From: Octopus vulgaris
Lineage: Eukaryota
Assembly: GCA_951406725.2 (NCBI GenBank)
Contig: OX597823.1
Coordinates: 38,936,001 to 39,000,000, forward strand
Direction of reading: 5' to 3'
Length of the DNA stretch: 64,000 nt
This document shows, one piece after another, positions 15,103 to 28,400 of this stretch (the first letter of the stretch is position 1; each line of letters begins with the position of its first letter). The notes under the pieces are model-generated. The model was not told where the DNA came from. It saw nothing but the letters and a program-made list of their open reading frames with translations, and did no database searches. Made by a program: the position numbers and the translations under genes.

Positions 15103-18100
15103 ATATGTGTGTGTGTGAGACTGAGAAGACCCAGCAAATAAAGTGAGACCACAGCTGTAACCTACACCAGTGTCGCATAACCAGCCCACTTAAAAGTACC
15201 TTGGATCATAGGATGACATACCATGCTTGAGGAGACCTATTGAGTCAAGTACATCCACATCAGCAATATCAAAATCAAATCAAATAGAAATTGTAGTTGT
15301 GAGCCCCGTGCCAGTAGCAGGTAAAAAGCACCATACGAACATGGCCGATGCCAGTGCTGCCTTGACTGGCTTCCATGCCAGTGCTGCTTTGACTGGCTTC
15401 CATGCCAGTGGCACGTAAAAAGCACTATCCAATCGCGGTTGATGCCAGCACTTCTGACCCCCTTGTCACTACACTCTTGGAGTGGTTGGCGCTAGGAAGG
15501 GCATCCAGCTATAGAAACACTGTCAGATCAGATTGGGGCCTGGTGCAGCCTCCTGGCTTTCCAGATGCCAGTCGAATCGTCCAACCCACGCCAACATAGA
15601 AAATGAACATTAAACGATGATGATGATATAGTGGATATACACCACCGCCACCAAAAGAATTGCCATTATTTTCTCTGCCTCATTATTAATGAGACATGGA
15701 GAGTATTGATGAGAAAAACTTTCTTTATCATGTTGCTGGACAATCATAATTTTGTTAGACTTATTAATTTGTCTGGACACATTTCCAACCCTCACAGGTT
15801 CCCCCAAGAGATATCCTGCCCCACTTACATACAAGAAACACTGCTTTAATGAACAGAGTCCAACAATATAATCTCAATTACCTATATTATATTTATAATT
15901 ACCGTGACATAGTTTAAGAGGGGAGTCTGTCTGCAAAGAAATGCTAAGTTATTTTAAAAGCCAATCTTTTGTCATATTGTCCAACCATGAACTGAATAGA
16001 TTGTCACTAATTATAGTAATTATCATAATGATTATAACAAAATTAATAACCACAACAGAAATAATTATAAATGGTAGACAGAGTTACAATAAATTTGTAT
16101 TCTAAACAAAAAATTTTCACAGGAATGCAATTCATCTTTACTTGAATTAATGAGAACAGTTTGTAATCAATTATGCTATATTAAAAATGCATGGTACATT
16201 AAATATGCATTCATATTTTATCTTCATACAATCTACCCCCACCCCCACCCAAATGCACAAACATTCACACCAAAATAATAATCTCTTTCCTAGACATTAA
16301 TCAATTTTTACAAAAGTGAGAAGGTGCACATCACTGAAAATCCATTACAGCTATTTAGTTTACTGACAAGAAAGGAACTGAGAGCATTGACAGGCATAAC
16401 TATACTTACTCAACCTGCCAGAAATAGCAACAAAATCTCCCTCAAGTAACACCTTATTGTTTTAAAAATGGAAGATACAGTAGATAATGTAAGTCTTGGA
16501 TATACTATATGTCAAAAAAAGAAAGAAATGATGGTCATATGTGGAATATCTTTCATCTTAGATGTACACAATGAGAGCTGACCTAGGGTTAAACAACAAT
16601 AATAATAACTCTAAAGAAATAATAAAAGATAAATTGTACCATGATGTGGGTAGCCCAGGTATCTATAGAGTGAACAGCTCCAACCTGCAGGATTTGCTCC
16701 TACACAAGTTATTATAGGAACCAATTTTTGCCTAGCATTACAATTGCTTGTTTAGCTACCATAATATGACCCAAAGAAAAGAACATCAATACTTCTGAAG
16801 CCAACAATGGTACATTCATGCAGTTGCTCAACTGTTAGAACAAATAGCTAAATCTCTTTCCAATCACGCCCAAGCATTTCCAGAAAAGAAGTATATGTGG
16901 GTTAATGAAGTCTTAAACACTCCCCTGAATTAAAATAAAAATGAAAACAAAAGACGGGATAGTTGTGAGTGGAATACTTTTGATCACAGGTCTGTTGGAT
17001 CAGGATAATACTACAGTGTCAATACCTCAAGTTCTAGTCTGATTGCCAAAGTGTAGGTGGAACAGGGTTCTTTTAATACCTAATTACACAAAATAAAAAC
17101 TCTTGAGTCATGTGCTAGTAATTAGAAATTTACAAGTTTAATTACTTTTTTCGATAGGAGATGACCAGTTCGTCTAAATTCAGAAATTGGAAACAATGAA
17201 ATTCTCAAGGCAAAAATCATTCACAATTGAGTTGTTTTTCTTTCCATAAAATCATTCAATCACATTGTCAGCTGGAAGAAAATTACTAAGAAAAAATGCT
17301 ACAGTATCAAAGGTTAGAAATTTTGACCTTTTGAATTTTGGTATTTTGCATGTTTTTCACATTCACAAACTAGGTTTCTATTTAAAAACACTTCTTAAAA
17401 GCATCACTGGAATGGTTCTGTTGTTATGTTTATTCTGCGAAGACAATATTCAAATTTAATGATTCATGACGATGATACATTTTCCCCTATATTGTCTCAC
17501 ATTAGAAATGTACCATTTTCATATACATATATATAATCATCATCATTTTAATGTTGCATGGGTTAGATAGAATTTACTGTGACAAATTTTTCTATGGCTG
17601 GATGCCCTTCCTGCCACTAACCTTACATGTTTCCAAGTAGGTTAATATTTCCCTGAAACCAGGCATGTTTACATGCAAGATTGGCACCAAGGGATATTGT
17701 GTATATATTAATGCCATTTGATTACAACTATTACAGGATATCAAGGCAAGAAGACAAGAGCATTAACATACATACATACACATGTACATACATATTTTAT
17801 GGGCTTTCTATAATTCCCATTTACCAAAGCAACTTCCAAGGCATTGTTCAATCCACAGATATAGTAAAAGACAATTGTTCCAAGGTGCTTCATTGTGGGA
17901 AAGTGAACTTCTTAAATCACATAGTTGCAAAGTGAACTGTGTCAATGTATAAAGAATTTCTTGTGAGAAATACACACCATAATAACTCACAATGTGAAAT
18001 TGTAAGTTAGCATGTAATAAAATAACATGGTGTGTGTCTGAGAGAGAGAGAGAAAGAGAGAAAGTGTGGGTGTGTATGAGAGCATATATGGGAAACAGGG

Positions 18101-18492
18101 AGAGAGTGTGTATGAGTGTATGCTTTTATGAAAGAGCCTTGCAGTGGAAGGGGGAAATGAGGGAATCACAACACATAACACAAGTGAATGACAAGCTCTG
18201 AAAAAAACATAAATCAGAAATAACTCTTTATAATCTCTAATGGGCACAAGAAAGCTGTTTAAAGGAGAATGAATGCACCAAGAAATAGGCAATCTGATTG
18301 GTTGAAAATTATAGAACTTTAGTGATTTACAAGGTTGTCTCCTCCGTCCATCCAAACAAGGTCATGTGACATTGACAAATTAAAATTTTAGGATAAAATT
18401 TGACTCTGTTACAGACAATTTTACTGCTTTAATGTATAAGTGTATATATACACATTACAGCATATGTCTGTGTGTATAATGTCTGTCTAGAC

Positions 18493-18737
18493 CAGTGGTC
18501 CTCAATCATGTTTTGCCTATGGAGCCCCTTTGATTCCTATTTTATTCTACTGGACCTCCATAGCCATTCAACATAAAATCCTACTCTATTTTTATAATCA
18601 AATATTATTAGGAATCGTATAAAAAAATTGAAATATTTTGTGTATTGTAAAAGTAAAAGCAACCTATTACAGATAAATTTTAATAAAATATTATATGGAC
18701 CCTCAAGGGCCGTATGTACCCTGGTTGAGAACCACTG
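18493..18737. mobile_element. hAT (Charlie-like) MITE
   Basis: TIRs cagtggtcctcaa / ttgagaaccactg; 8-bp TSD gtctagac / gtctagaa (NTCTAGAN target). A partial copy lies at ~55384-55540. Confidence 0.85.
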
Positions 18738-19774
18738 GTCTAGAATAAGAGGATGAATAAGTGAAATCAACAGCATCAGAAATATGCTTTACATCATATG
18801 AACCCCCAAAGAGAGGAAAGATAAAGTCAAATGTTAAGATATAAGTGCAAGCATCATTGCTCAGGTAAGTGATTGTTTAACATTTGCATCATTCTGAGTT
18901 CAGACTGACCAATGTACAGACAGAACATGGAATTTGGTCAGCAGAAACTATGTGGAGCCCATCGTGTGTGTGTGTGTGTGTTACAATAATAATAATTTTA
19001 ATGATGTTTGCTCATACCTACGTCAATCCTAGCAGATTGCAACACCTCTGTAAAAATGCTTGAGAAATGAAGTAAATGCAAGGACCTTGAAATCGAGATC
19101 TCTGACATGTAGCATCTAAAAACAACAATTGTACCTGTGAAATTCAGTTTTGGGGATAATACCAAAAGGTACTCTTAAATACTGTGATGATTACAAAACA
19201 ACTAAAACAACAACAATGATGAATTCTTTTGGTTTAGCACAAAGTGGAGCTTTATAAAAAATACAAGTAGATAGAACTGATATCCATATATATATGTATT
19301 ACTTGTATACATGTACTTTATCTCAACCATGCTCAGATGAAGATCAAAGTTCATTCTGACAGGAGGTGAACACAGAATTTACAACAATAAAATTCAAGAG
19401 TCTATAATAAATATTGTTCCACACTCTACCAACTTTAGTTTTCAATAGCAATACTGATCTTTATCATGGATTTGTCACTTAAAGCAAGAACTAAAAAACG
19501 AGTGTTCTTGGTATAAATACATGCCTATAGACTGAGTGATTTGAAAACCTTTGCCCTTATCTTTGTCTTGATTTAATGTCTCACACACACATTTTCCTTA
19601 CAATCATGGCAGAAAAGAAAAAAAGAAAGTGGAAACAGTACTGACAATGACATTGAGTCATAAAGATGGATGTGTTTTGAAGAAGAAAAAAAACTTTCAT
19701 TCAGATCTCATCCATCTGAAGAATGCTTCATTTACCAGGGAACTTAAAAGTCACAATATTTATTATAATAAATA

Positions 19775-20204
19775 CTAGCAGCATAGCCCGGCGTTGCCCG
19801 GGTATGTAAGAGCCCCTCGTAGGCAACAACTAATCCCAATCTAGTTCTTTCCCTCTAGGGAACGAAGGCGCATGTGTAGGTTGCAATGTCTTCTTTTCAC
19901 TCGAATACTTCTGTGTATACAATGTTCCTAGCTGTCTCCCGATTGCAAGTCGTAAAAACTACAACAGAAAATGTGTTGCATATAAAAAGTTTAGATTCTC
20001 GACCCCATGTTGAATTTATCGATTTTTTCAGAACTGGGGGAACTTTTCAAAATTTTCGCTGCGTTAGTTTTGAATTATGACATTGGGCTATGTGTGTGTC
20101 AAGTTTCATCAGAATCGGTTGAAAGCCATGGTCAGGGTGAGGGTACAACCTGACAGACACACAGACACACAGACAGACAAACTGCCGTTTATATATAGAG
20201 AAGA
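19775..20204 (-). mobile_element. Non-autonomous Helitron
   Basis: On the minus strand: A|TC 5' end at 20204, subterminal GC hairpin cccggcgttgcccggg, and a CTAG|T 3' end at 19775. Has an (ACAG)n tract and is CpG-rich relative to its flanks. Confidence 0.8.
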
Positions 20205-20637
20205 TATATTCACTCTACATAATGTATTGATTACTCACATTTTTATTAGTGAAACTAAATTATAATATTTTTATTTCTGGAAAAAATGGCTAGAGAGTAT
20301 GTGCCAGTAGATTGGAGAGCATGAGATGGCTTGTACCTTTTGTGGTCAGAATAATTCTGGATCTGTACAGTTCCTTGATTGGCCCTAGTTATAGTTTCTT
20401 CTGTATCATGAGGATTGCACCAGTCACGTTATCACATACTTTGTATACAATGTATGCTTTTATCCCATTTCACAACTGTCCTTTCCAGTTCTTTCTCCCC
20501 ATCTTTTATGTAAGTCCCCACACAAATTGTTGTCTGTTTGTGATGCACCCCTTATCTAGGCCCCTGTGGCTAATAAAAGAAATTATTATTATAATTATTT
20601 TCATCGTTATTATTACCATCATCATCATCATTATTGT

Positions 20638-20694
<57 letters not shown>

Positions 20695-21119
20695 TTTTAC
20701 TATAAGCACAAGGCCTGGAGATTGGGGAGAAGTAAGTCAATTACATCAACCCTCGTGCTCAAGTGGTACTTATTTTATTAACCCCAAAAGGATGAAAAGA
20801 AAAGTCAACCTTGGTGGAATTTTAACTTAGAGCATACAGATAGAAAAAATGCCACAAAGCATTTTGCTCAGTTTCTGCCAACTCTCCAACTTAATAATAA
20901 TATTATAGTGCCATAATAGCCATATTACTAACTGGTTTCCTATAACTCCAACTCCAGCAATCATCAGAAATAACCGAAGGTAATAATATGGAATAGGCTG
21001 TTTATCACTGAAGGCCTAGAAGTGTCACATGGTTTTTGAGTTGCATGACTGTTATAAAAAAACTGGAAAAAAAATTCATACAAGAAATCACCCAGATCAA
21101 ATGCAAAGAGATGAATATA

Positions 21120-22396
21120 TTGGGTCATCCCATAAATAATGCAGTTTTTTTATACTTTTATTTTTCAAAATAAGATATTTTATATTTTATTAAGGAGTGT
21201 ATATTCTAAAATATACACTCCTTCATTTTCTACAATACTCTTCCAGCTATCTGATAAACTTGCAAAGCCCCACTACCAAAATTCACTTGTCCATGATAAA
21301 GAATACTCCTCTAGTACTGTTCTGACCTCGTCTACAGAATTCATATTTTTTCCGTCCAAATGATTTTGAAGACTGCAGAATAAATTATAATCAGATGGGG
21401 CAATATCTGGCGAATATGGTGGTTGGGGCACCGTTTCCCATTCAAACTACTCCAAGCTTTGGAATGTCATCCTTGCTGTATGTGGCTGAGCATTATCCTG
21501 ATGGGAGAACACTTTTCGTCTTGAAACCAAAGATGGTCATTTTTCTTCTAGCACCCACTTAAGCCACTCAAGCTGCCCACATTAGATCTCCTTTGTTATT
21601 GTTTGGTTTGGGGTTAGAAGTTCAAAGTGGACTAAACCTTTCATATCTCACCTTATATGGGTGAAGACCTTCTTTAGCTTGGGGTGCTGGTCTTTTGCCT
21701 TTCCCTATCCACTGTCTTTGGCACATGACATTTTTATGGAGAACCTATTTCTCATCACCAGTCACTATTCAGTCCAGAAAATAGGTTCATTGGTGAGACA
21801 TGACAGCAAAGAAGAGTATACATTCACTCTCTGCATGCGATTAGATTTGGAAAGTTTGTGAGGAACCCATTGACCCAATTTGCTGACTTTTCCAATGGTA
21901 CGCAAGTGCTGATGAATGGTTGAATGACCAAATCCAAGCTTCTCTGCTAGTTCCTCAATGGTTACGGTGTAATTTTGTTCCATTGAGGTTTGCAGGATGT
22001 CCTCATGGAGCTCTACACATCTTCCAGGATGAGGTTCATCTTCAAGACTATAGTTTCTGGCTCGGAATTTCTGGAACCACCATTGACACTGGCTTACGCA
22101 TTTTGTCTGATTCCCATAAATTGCATTAATATTCCTTGCACTTTCTGTTGCGTTATTGACTTTATTGATCACGCAAAGCAAAATATGCTAAACATGCTCC
22201 TTTGTCACTTCCATAATAGCTTTGAAAAAATAACTATTAGAATCGAACTGTACTTTTCAAAACTTGCACTAAGAATCAGTACAAGTTAAATTACTACCTG
22301 CTTTTATAACAAGTTGATGCAGGTAGTTTATCCCATCCCTCTGTAACTTTTAGTTCATGCAATTGAAAAAACCATATTATTTATGGGACAACCTAA
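21120..22396 (-). mobile_element. Full-length decayed mariner (DD34D), ~1.28 kb
   Basis: TIRs TA|ttgggtcatcccataaataat ... attatttatgggacaacctaa|TA. Minus-strand motifs WVPHKLS, HQDNAQPH and PPYSPDIAPSDY; stops and frameshifts present. Confidence 0.93.
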
Positions 22397-22474
22397 TATT
22401 TAATTCATTAGCCACTTGAAGAATACATGTGTGGATGTGTGCATGCATGCACACGCACACACACACACATGCAA

Positions 22475-22968
22475 TCAAATGAGGTTTATTTTTCAACATA
22501 GTCCCCCTTGTGGTCCATACACTTCTTTCATTGGTATTGCAGTGCTTGGGATCCTATTGATGAAAAAGCTTTCATCCTGTTGGTCAAAAAGTCATCAACA
22601 GTAGATATGATGTCATCATCGCTACAGCATTGGTTCCCAGCCAAGTGTTTTCTCATGTTGGGAAAGAGATGATAGTCAAATGGGGCCAAATCAAGTGAAT
22701 AGGGAGGGTGATCAACCAGTTCAAAGCCCTAGCCATGCACAGCAGTCATAGAAAACAAGGACTTGTATGCTGGAACACTGTCCCAACGAAACAAGAACCC
22801 TGTCATCAGTTTTCCTAGGTATTTGGTCTTGATAGACTTTCAGATGTCAGTTTACATAGAAGGAAACAATGCAGTTATAAATAACAAAGGTTGAAATTAA
22901 TGCATGCATGATTCCACAGCTCTAGCATCACTCCTTCATAGTCAGCCTATGAACTTTTCAGCTCACCC
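22475..22968 (-). mobile_element. Second mariner relic (internally deleted, different family)
   Basis: Minus strand near 22650-22710 reads PPYSLDLAPFDYHLFPNM; putative terminus gaacttttcagctcaccc. Confidence 0.65.
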
Positions 22969-25431
22969 TTGTGTGTGTATGTGTATGTACCCCCTCACAC
23001 ACACAAAATCTTAGTCATCACTCACAAGTATTACTAGCAGCATGCACCATGCTTTCACTAATTGCATTAGGTGCTTATATAGTTACCAGCAGCTGTAGAC
23101 TCTCTTTCAGTTCTCTTACCCCTGACCCAGCAGAACATCAAGAATATGACAGCTACAGGGAGATAGGACTACACAAGCACTCAGCTGATACACATTCTCA
23201 TTTGAGTAGATGGGAGCAATATGAAACATAGTACTTTGCTCAAAGATATGGCATGCTGAGCAGCCCAGAAATCACACCCATGACTTTATGAAGATAAACC
23301 TAACATTATAACCAGCCAACACCAGTTATTAAGCAGTGGGAGGGGACAAACAAAGACACACATAGATATATATACATATACAATGGGTTTCTTTCAGTTT
23401 CTGTCTACCAAATCCACTCACAAGGCCTGGGTTAGCCTAAGGCTATAGTGGAAGGCACTTGCCCAAAGTACCATGTAGTGGAACTGAACCTGGAACCATG
23501 GGGTTGAGAAGCAAGCTTCTTACAACACCGCCACGCCTGCACTTCATACCATCATAGACTTTCCTGTCATTAGACAATGTATAAAGGTCTTGCAATTTCT
23601 TGCTGAACAACCACATGGTTAATTTGTTTATAGTGATCAAATGTTTGATTTAGACATAAACTCTCTCCCTTCATCAGATTGACATTACCTGTGCAGGTGC
23701 ATGAAGTACAACATGTCAGAAGATGAGATGATCACAGAGCAATGTGAAATGAAGTGTTTTACTCAAGAACACAATGCAACATCTGGTCTGAGAATCAAAA
23801 CCACGTTCTCACAATCACGAGAGTAACATCCTGACCACTGAGGCATGCGCCTTCATTGCACCTTATATATATTTATATATAGCAGGGAAGAGAGAGAGTT
23901 TTGGTGTTTTGAATAGAAAAACAGAACCAAAACATAGCACTTATGAAATTTTCATAAGTGCCAATGCACGGAACTTTCAGCTCTTGAGTCACTTTGCAGC
24001 TTCTATACACATGAATACACACACATACATATGTGTGTGTGTGCGTGCATGTGTAACTATTTGAAAGAATGACTAAAATGTTGAGGCTAGTGCTTTCAGT
24101 AAGGTTTATGCAACACCTAGAAACAAGGTGGCAGCACTCATCACATCTTATTCTAAACCACTGTTAATAATACTTCATTTTGGTCACCTGATAGGAATCA
24201 AGGATACCTGGCACCAACAGACTGTAGCTAATAAACTGTATTTCATAACATTTAATATCTCTTCGACTCTGACAATACATTCTTAGCATTCTAAAGAATA
24301 TTGTAGACAGTCAGTGTCAGTTTTTAGTTCTTTCTATAGATTACATCATAGTAGGGAGGAGGTAGGTTTTTGTTGATAGGATGGATATACCAGATTCCTT
24401 GGTACATTGGTATGTATGAATGTAGATAGATTACATACACCCCTGCATAATGGCAGACCAATAACTGAAGCCAAACCGAGAGAGGGGGAATTCATAAACA
24501 GAGAAGGAGGGAATACATAAACACACACAATAGTGTGTTTGTTTGTATGTGTTTGTATATGTGTGTGTGTGTGTGTATGTATGTATGCATGTACACACAC
24601 ACACAAAACAGAGAAAGAGAAGAGTTATACTCAAACACAGAAAGAGGAACAAGAGATAGAGAAAGAGAGAAGGAAGAGAAAGAGAGAAATTTCTAAAAAT
24701 AGAGAGAGAAAGAGAGAGAGAGAGACACACACACACACACACAAAGTCCAGTAGGTAAAGTTCATTATGAGCTTAAAACTATTGTTTATTACAAAGAAAG
24801 TAGGAAAAGAATAATAGACAGTAAATAAAGAAGAAACAAGCAACTGATGTGTGAAATAATATCAGAATAGAAGAATACTTAGATGGAAGTATTAGGTGTG
24901 AGGCGAGGGATGGGGTGAAGGGAAGGTTAAAAGATGTCTGAGAATGGAAAGTATATCAGGTACATAAAGTGACGGTGATATCTAATTGTGAATGTGAAAT
25001 GGTGATAAGAGAACAAATATTGTATGTAAATAGATAAGTAAGATAATGATATGATATAAAGAGAATCAGGTAATATGGGTGCCAACTGGAAGATGGTTTC
25101 AAGAAGAAGAGTCACTGAGATGGAGAAAAAATCTCTAAACTCATGAATATTGTCAAAAACAGAAAACATGGAAATATTATTTGGTAATTGGAAATTGAAA
25201 CAAATGTAATGAAGTATTAGAGTAAATCTTATATAGAACAAGTATGCTCTAGGGTATGGTTACTACAGATACAAGCAATGCTGTATGGTTAAGAAGTTTA
25301 CTTTGCAACTACATGATTTTAGGTTCGCACCCACTGCATGGCAATTTGGCTAAAATGTCTTATACTATAAACCCGGTACAACTAATACTTGTGAAGTGAA
25401 TTGGGTAAAGAAAAGCTGCATGGAAGCCCAT

Positions 25432-25464
<33 letters not shown>

Positions 25465-28400
25465 TTTTGTATTTATCCCCACACCACTTAATAACCAGTG
25501 TTGGTTTCTTTATGTTTCCATAACCTACCAGTTCAAGAAGAGAGACTGACAGAATCAATACAAGACTTTAAATAATTAAAAAAGATATATATATTATGGT
25601 TGATTTGTTCCTCAAAACCCTTCAAGGCAGTGCTCCAGCATGGCCACAGTCCAATGGATGAAACAAGTAAATGACAAAACATAGCCAAAAGCAGTTATTC
25701 ATAAATGTTAAGAGTCCTACTGATTCTTGATATGTAAGCCACAGCTGCATGACGAAAAAATTATCTTCTCAACCACATGGTTCTGGATCTAATCACACTT
25801 TGTGCAACTGTCTTCTACCATAGCCATAATGTCTTATGAGTGGAATTTGGTATTGAGTAGAAGTCTATTCTAACTATGTATACCAATGAGGGATATAAGC
25901 ACCATCAAGAAAACTGATAAACCAGTACTTCCTAATGAAAATGCCTGTTTGATATTTATTTGTTCAACCTGAATTGCACAGACAATCCCTTACCACTTTC
26001 ACCATTATATATGCAGTGAAACATAGATCAGTCCATTGGGAACTTGTAACCAACAAGGCTGATGTTCTGAAAATGTGACATCATCATCATAAATTAATAA
26101 TGAAACTGGATAAAATAAAAATAAATGAATATAATGTTCAGGTTCAGGTACCATAGGTTAATAAATAGAAGCAAACTACACTGGAATGCTGTTCTTAAAA
26201 AATGCCAATTCAAAAAGGAAAGTCTGGGGAAATATAAGAGGTGAGACACAGTGGGTGAGAGGGGAGAGAGAGAGAGAGAAAGAGAGAGTGTGTAATTAGA
26301 ATGGGTGTTAGAAAGAACGCAAGCATTCCTGTCAAGTATTTTCTTGGATATAGAATAAACTGTATGTACAATAATCTTGTTATCTCTTCATTGTTCCATG
26401 TCCCCTTTCTATGCTGGCATGGGTTGGGTGGGTCATCATGATCGGTGTCAGCACATATTTGGGGATACTCTTCACCTAGATGGGTCAGAAGACCACATTT
26501 TGATCATGAATGTGGGGCACACTTTGGTTTTGGAAATGATTGTGAATTTTTAAGAGCAAGTGAGTTTATCAATGGGTTGATCAGCATTTAGAGGACCACA
26601 TCTGAAAACAGACTGGTTAAGAGCAAATGAGTTCAATAAAGAAAGTAGCAATAGATGTATTTCTTAAAACTTAAATTCTGTAGGGCACAGCAGATCTTCA
26701 AATATTTAATAAATTCCAGATAGTGAGCAGAAAGAAGCATCTTATTTTCTGATTTTCTCCTGATATTGAAGCAAATATTGATATTAATATTGCAAGTATG
26801 GTTGTATGGTTAAGAACTTTGGATTCCATCCCACAACTTGGTAATTTTGACAAGTGTCTGCTACTATAGCTTTTGCCACTCAAAGCCTTGTGAGTTGTAT
26901 TAAGTAGACAGAAACTGAAAAAAGCTGTGCATGTGTGCATGTCCCCTTGTCTTGAGGCTGTGCATGAACTGTAAACAAAAACAATGTCATTCATTTACAA
27001 TGTTCCATGATAACATGTCCCGCCATTGTCCTTTTTGTATATGAAGAACTAGGGGAAATATTATCTGGCTTGGAAACACGTGAGGGTTAGTTGCCAGAGG
27101 AGCATCTAGCCACAGAAAATCTGCTTTAACAAATTCCATCTTACCTATGCAAGCATAGGAAAGTGGACACCAAAAATGAATGGTAGTGATGGTGGTAGTG
27201 GTGGTGATGGTGCAACCTTCTTTGTTCTTCAATATCTAAATATTGAAATTAATTATGAGTGACACTGGGAATGTCCATGGATCATATGCAGTTTGTGAGC
27301 CTTGCAAATATTAGCTGCTCTATTTGACTGACAAGGCAGGTGAGATAAATGAGGACTGGTGACATTTCATATACTATATGTAATTTTTAAAAGAAAAGAT
27401 TACTGACAAAAATTAGGCAGTATATCTACATGGTAAAAACTGAAGCAGAATTGAAAATGACTCAAGAGCTTTCCACAGTTTGATTACTGAATAAAAAGCA
27501 AGTGAAGTATAATTATGTAACAATAGCAGAAGAGAAAAGGTACAAGCTAAAAGATTAATTTTTGATAGCACTGTACCAAACCTTAAAACACACATCAGTT
27601 TGGATGCATGTATAGTGAGTAATTTTGACAGGTTTCCAAAATGGTATCCACCTTAGTACCAGCAGACTTTTTCTAATCTGACAATAATCAGAGTTTTATC
27701 ACCATATGTTAATAATAAGAAAACAAATAATAAAAGAAAACTAATTTGAGCAGCAGAAACATAACGTAATAAAACTAGCAGAGGTAAACATGGCAAGGAA
27801 GAGACGTAATAATGACAGTGGATGTCAAGAACAGCATTTATAAGAGCTATTTAACATATCAGTTCATTTTGTTATTGATCTAGAAAGTAAAATTAATTTT
27901 ATTGGCCATCCATAATAGCTGACGAAAACTGCTAAGAGCAATATAATAATAGGTAAGCTATAGATTGTAGAGATTGTGAAAACAGTTTGCAATTTTCTAT
28001 TTCTGAAAACATCAGAACAAAAATTAAATCATGATAAAAGACAGTTAAATTTATACAGGGTGCAGCCAAAAATCCCCTCAGATTTATTCACCATTCTTGA
28101 AAAACATTTCAACAGCAAACAATGATGTGCACTGGTACAAAACAAAACCAACACTGTTGATTATGACAATAAGGGTTACAGTTGATTCAGTCAACATAAC
28201 AGCCAACTCATGAAATTATACATGCAAGTGACTGAGCACTTCACAAACACATGTACCCTTAACATAGTTCTCAGGGAGATTCAGTGACACAAAATTTTAC
28301 AAGGCTGGCCCTTTGAAATACAGGTACACTCATTTTCCCCAGCTTAGTGGAGTGGAGCAATGTGGAGTGCCTTGCTTAATGACACAATGCCCCATTATGG

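Noticed and set aside
15348-15410. 27-bp tandem repeat resembling a mini-array
   Set aside because: Internal duplication within SINE family C; no spacers.
20312-20830. 172-aa ORF with poly-Ile
   Set aside because: (AAT)n microsatellite plus SINE B sequence.
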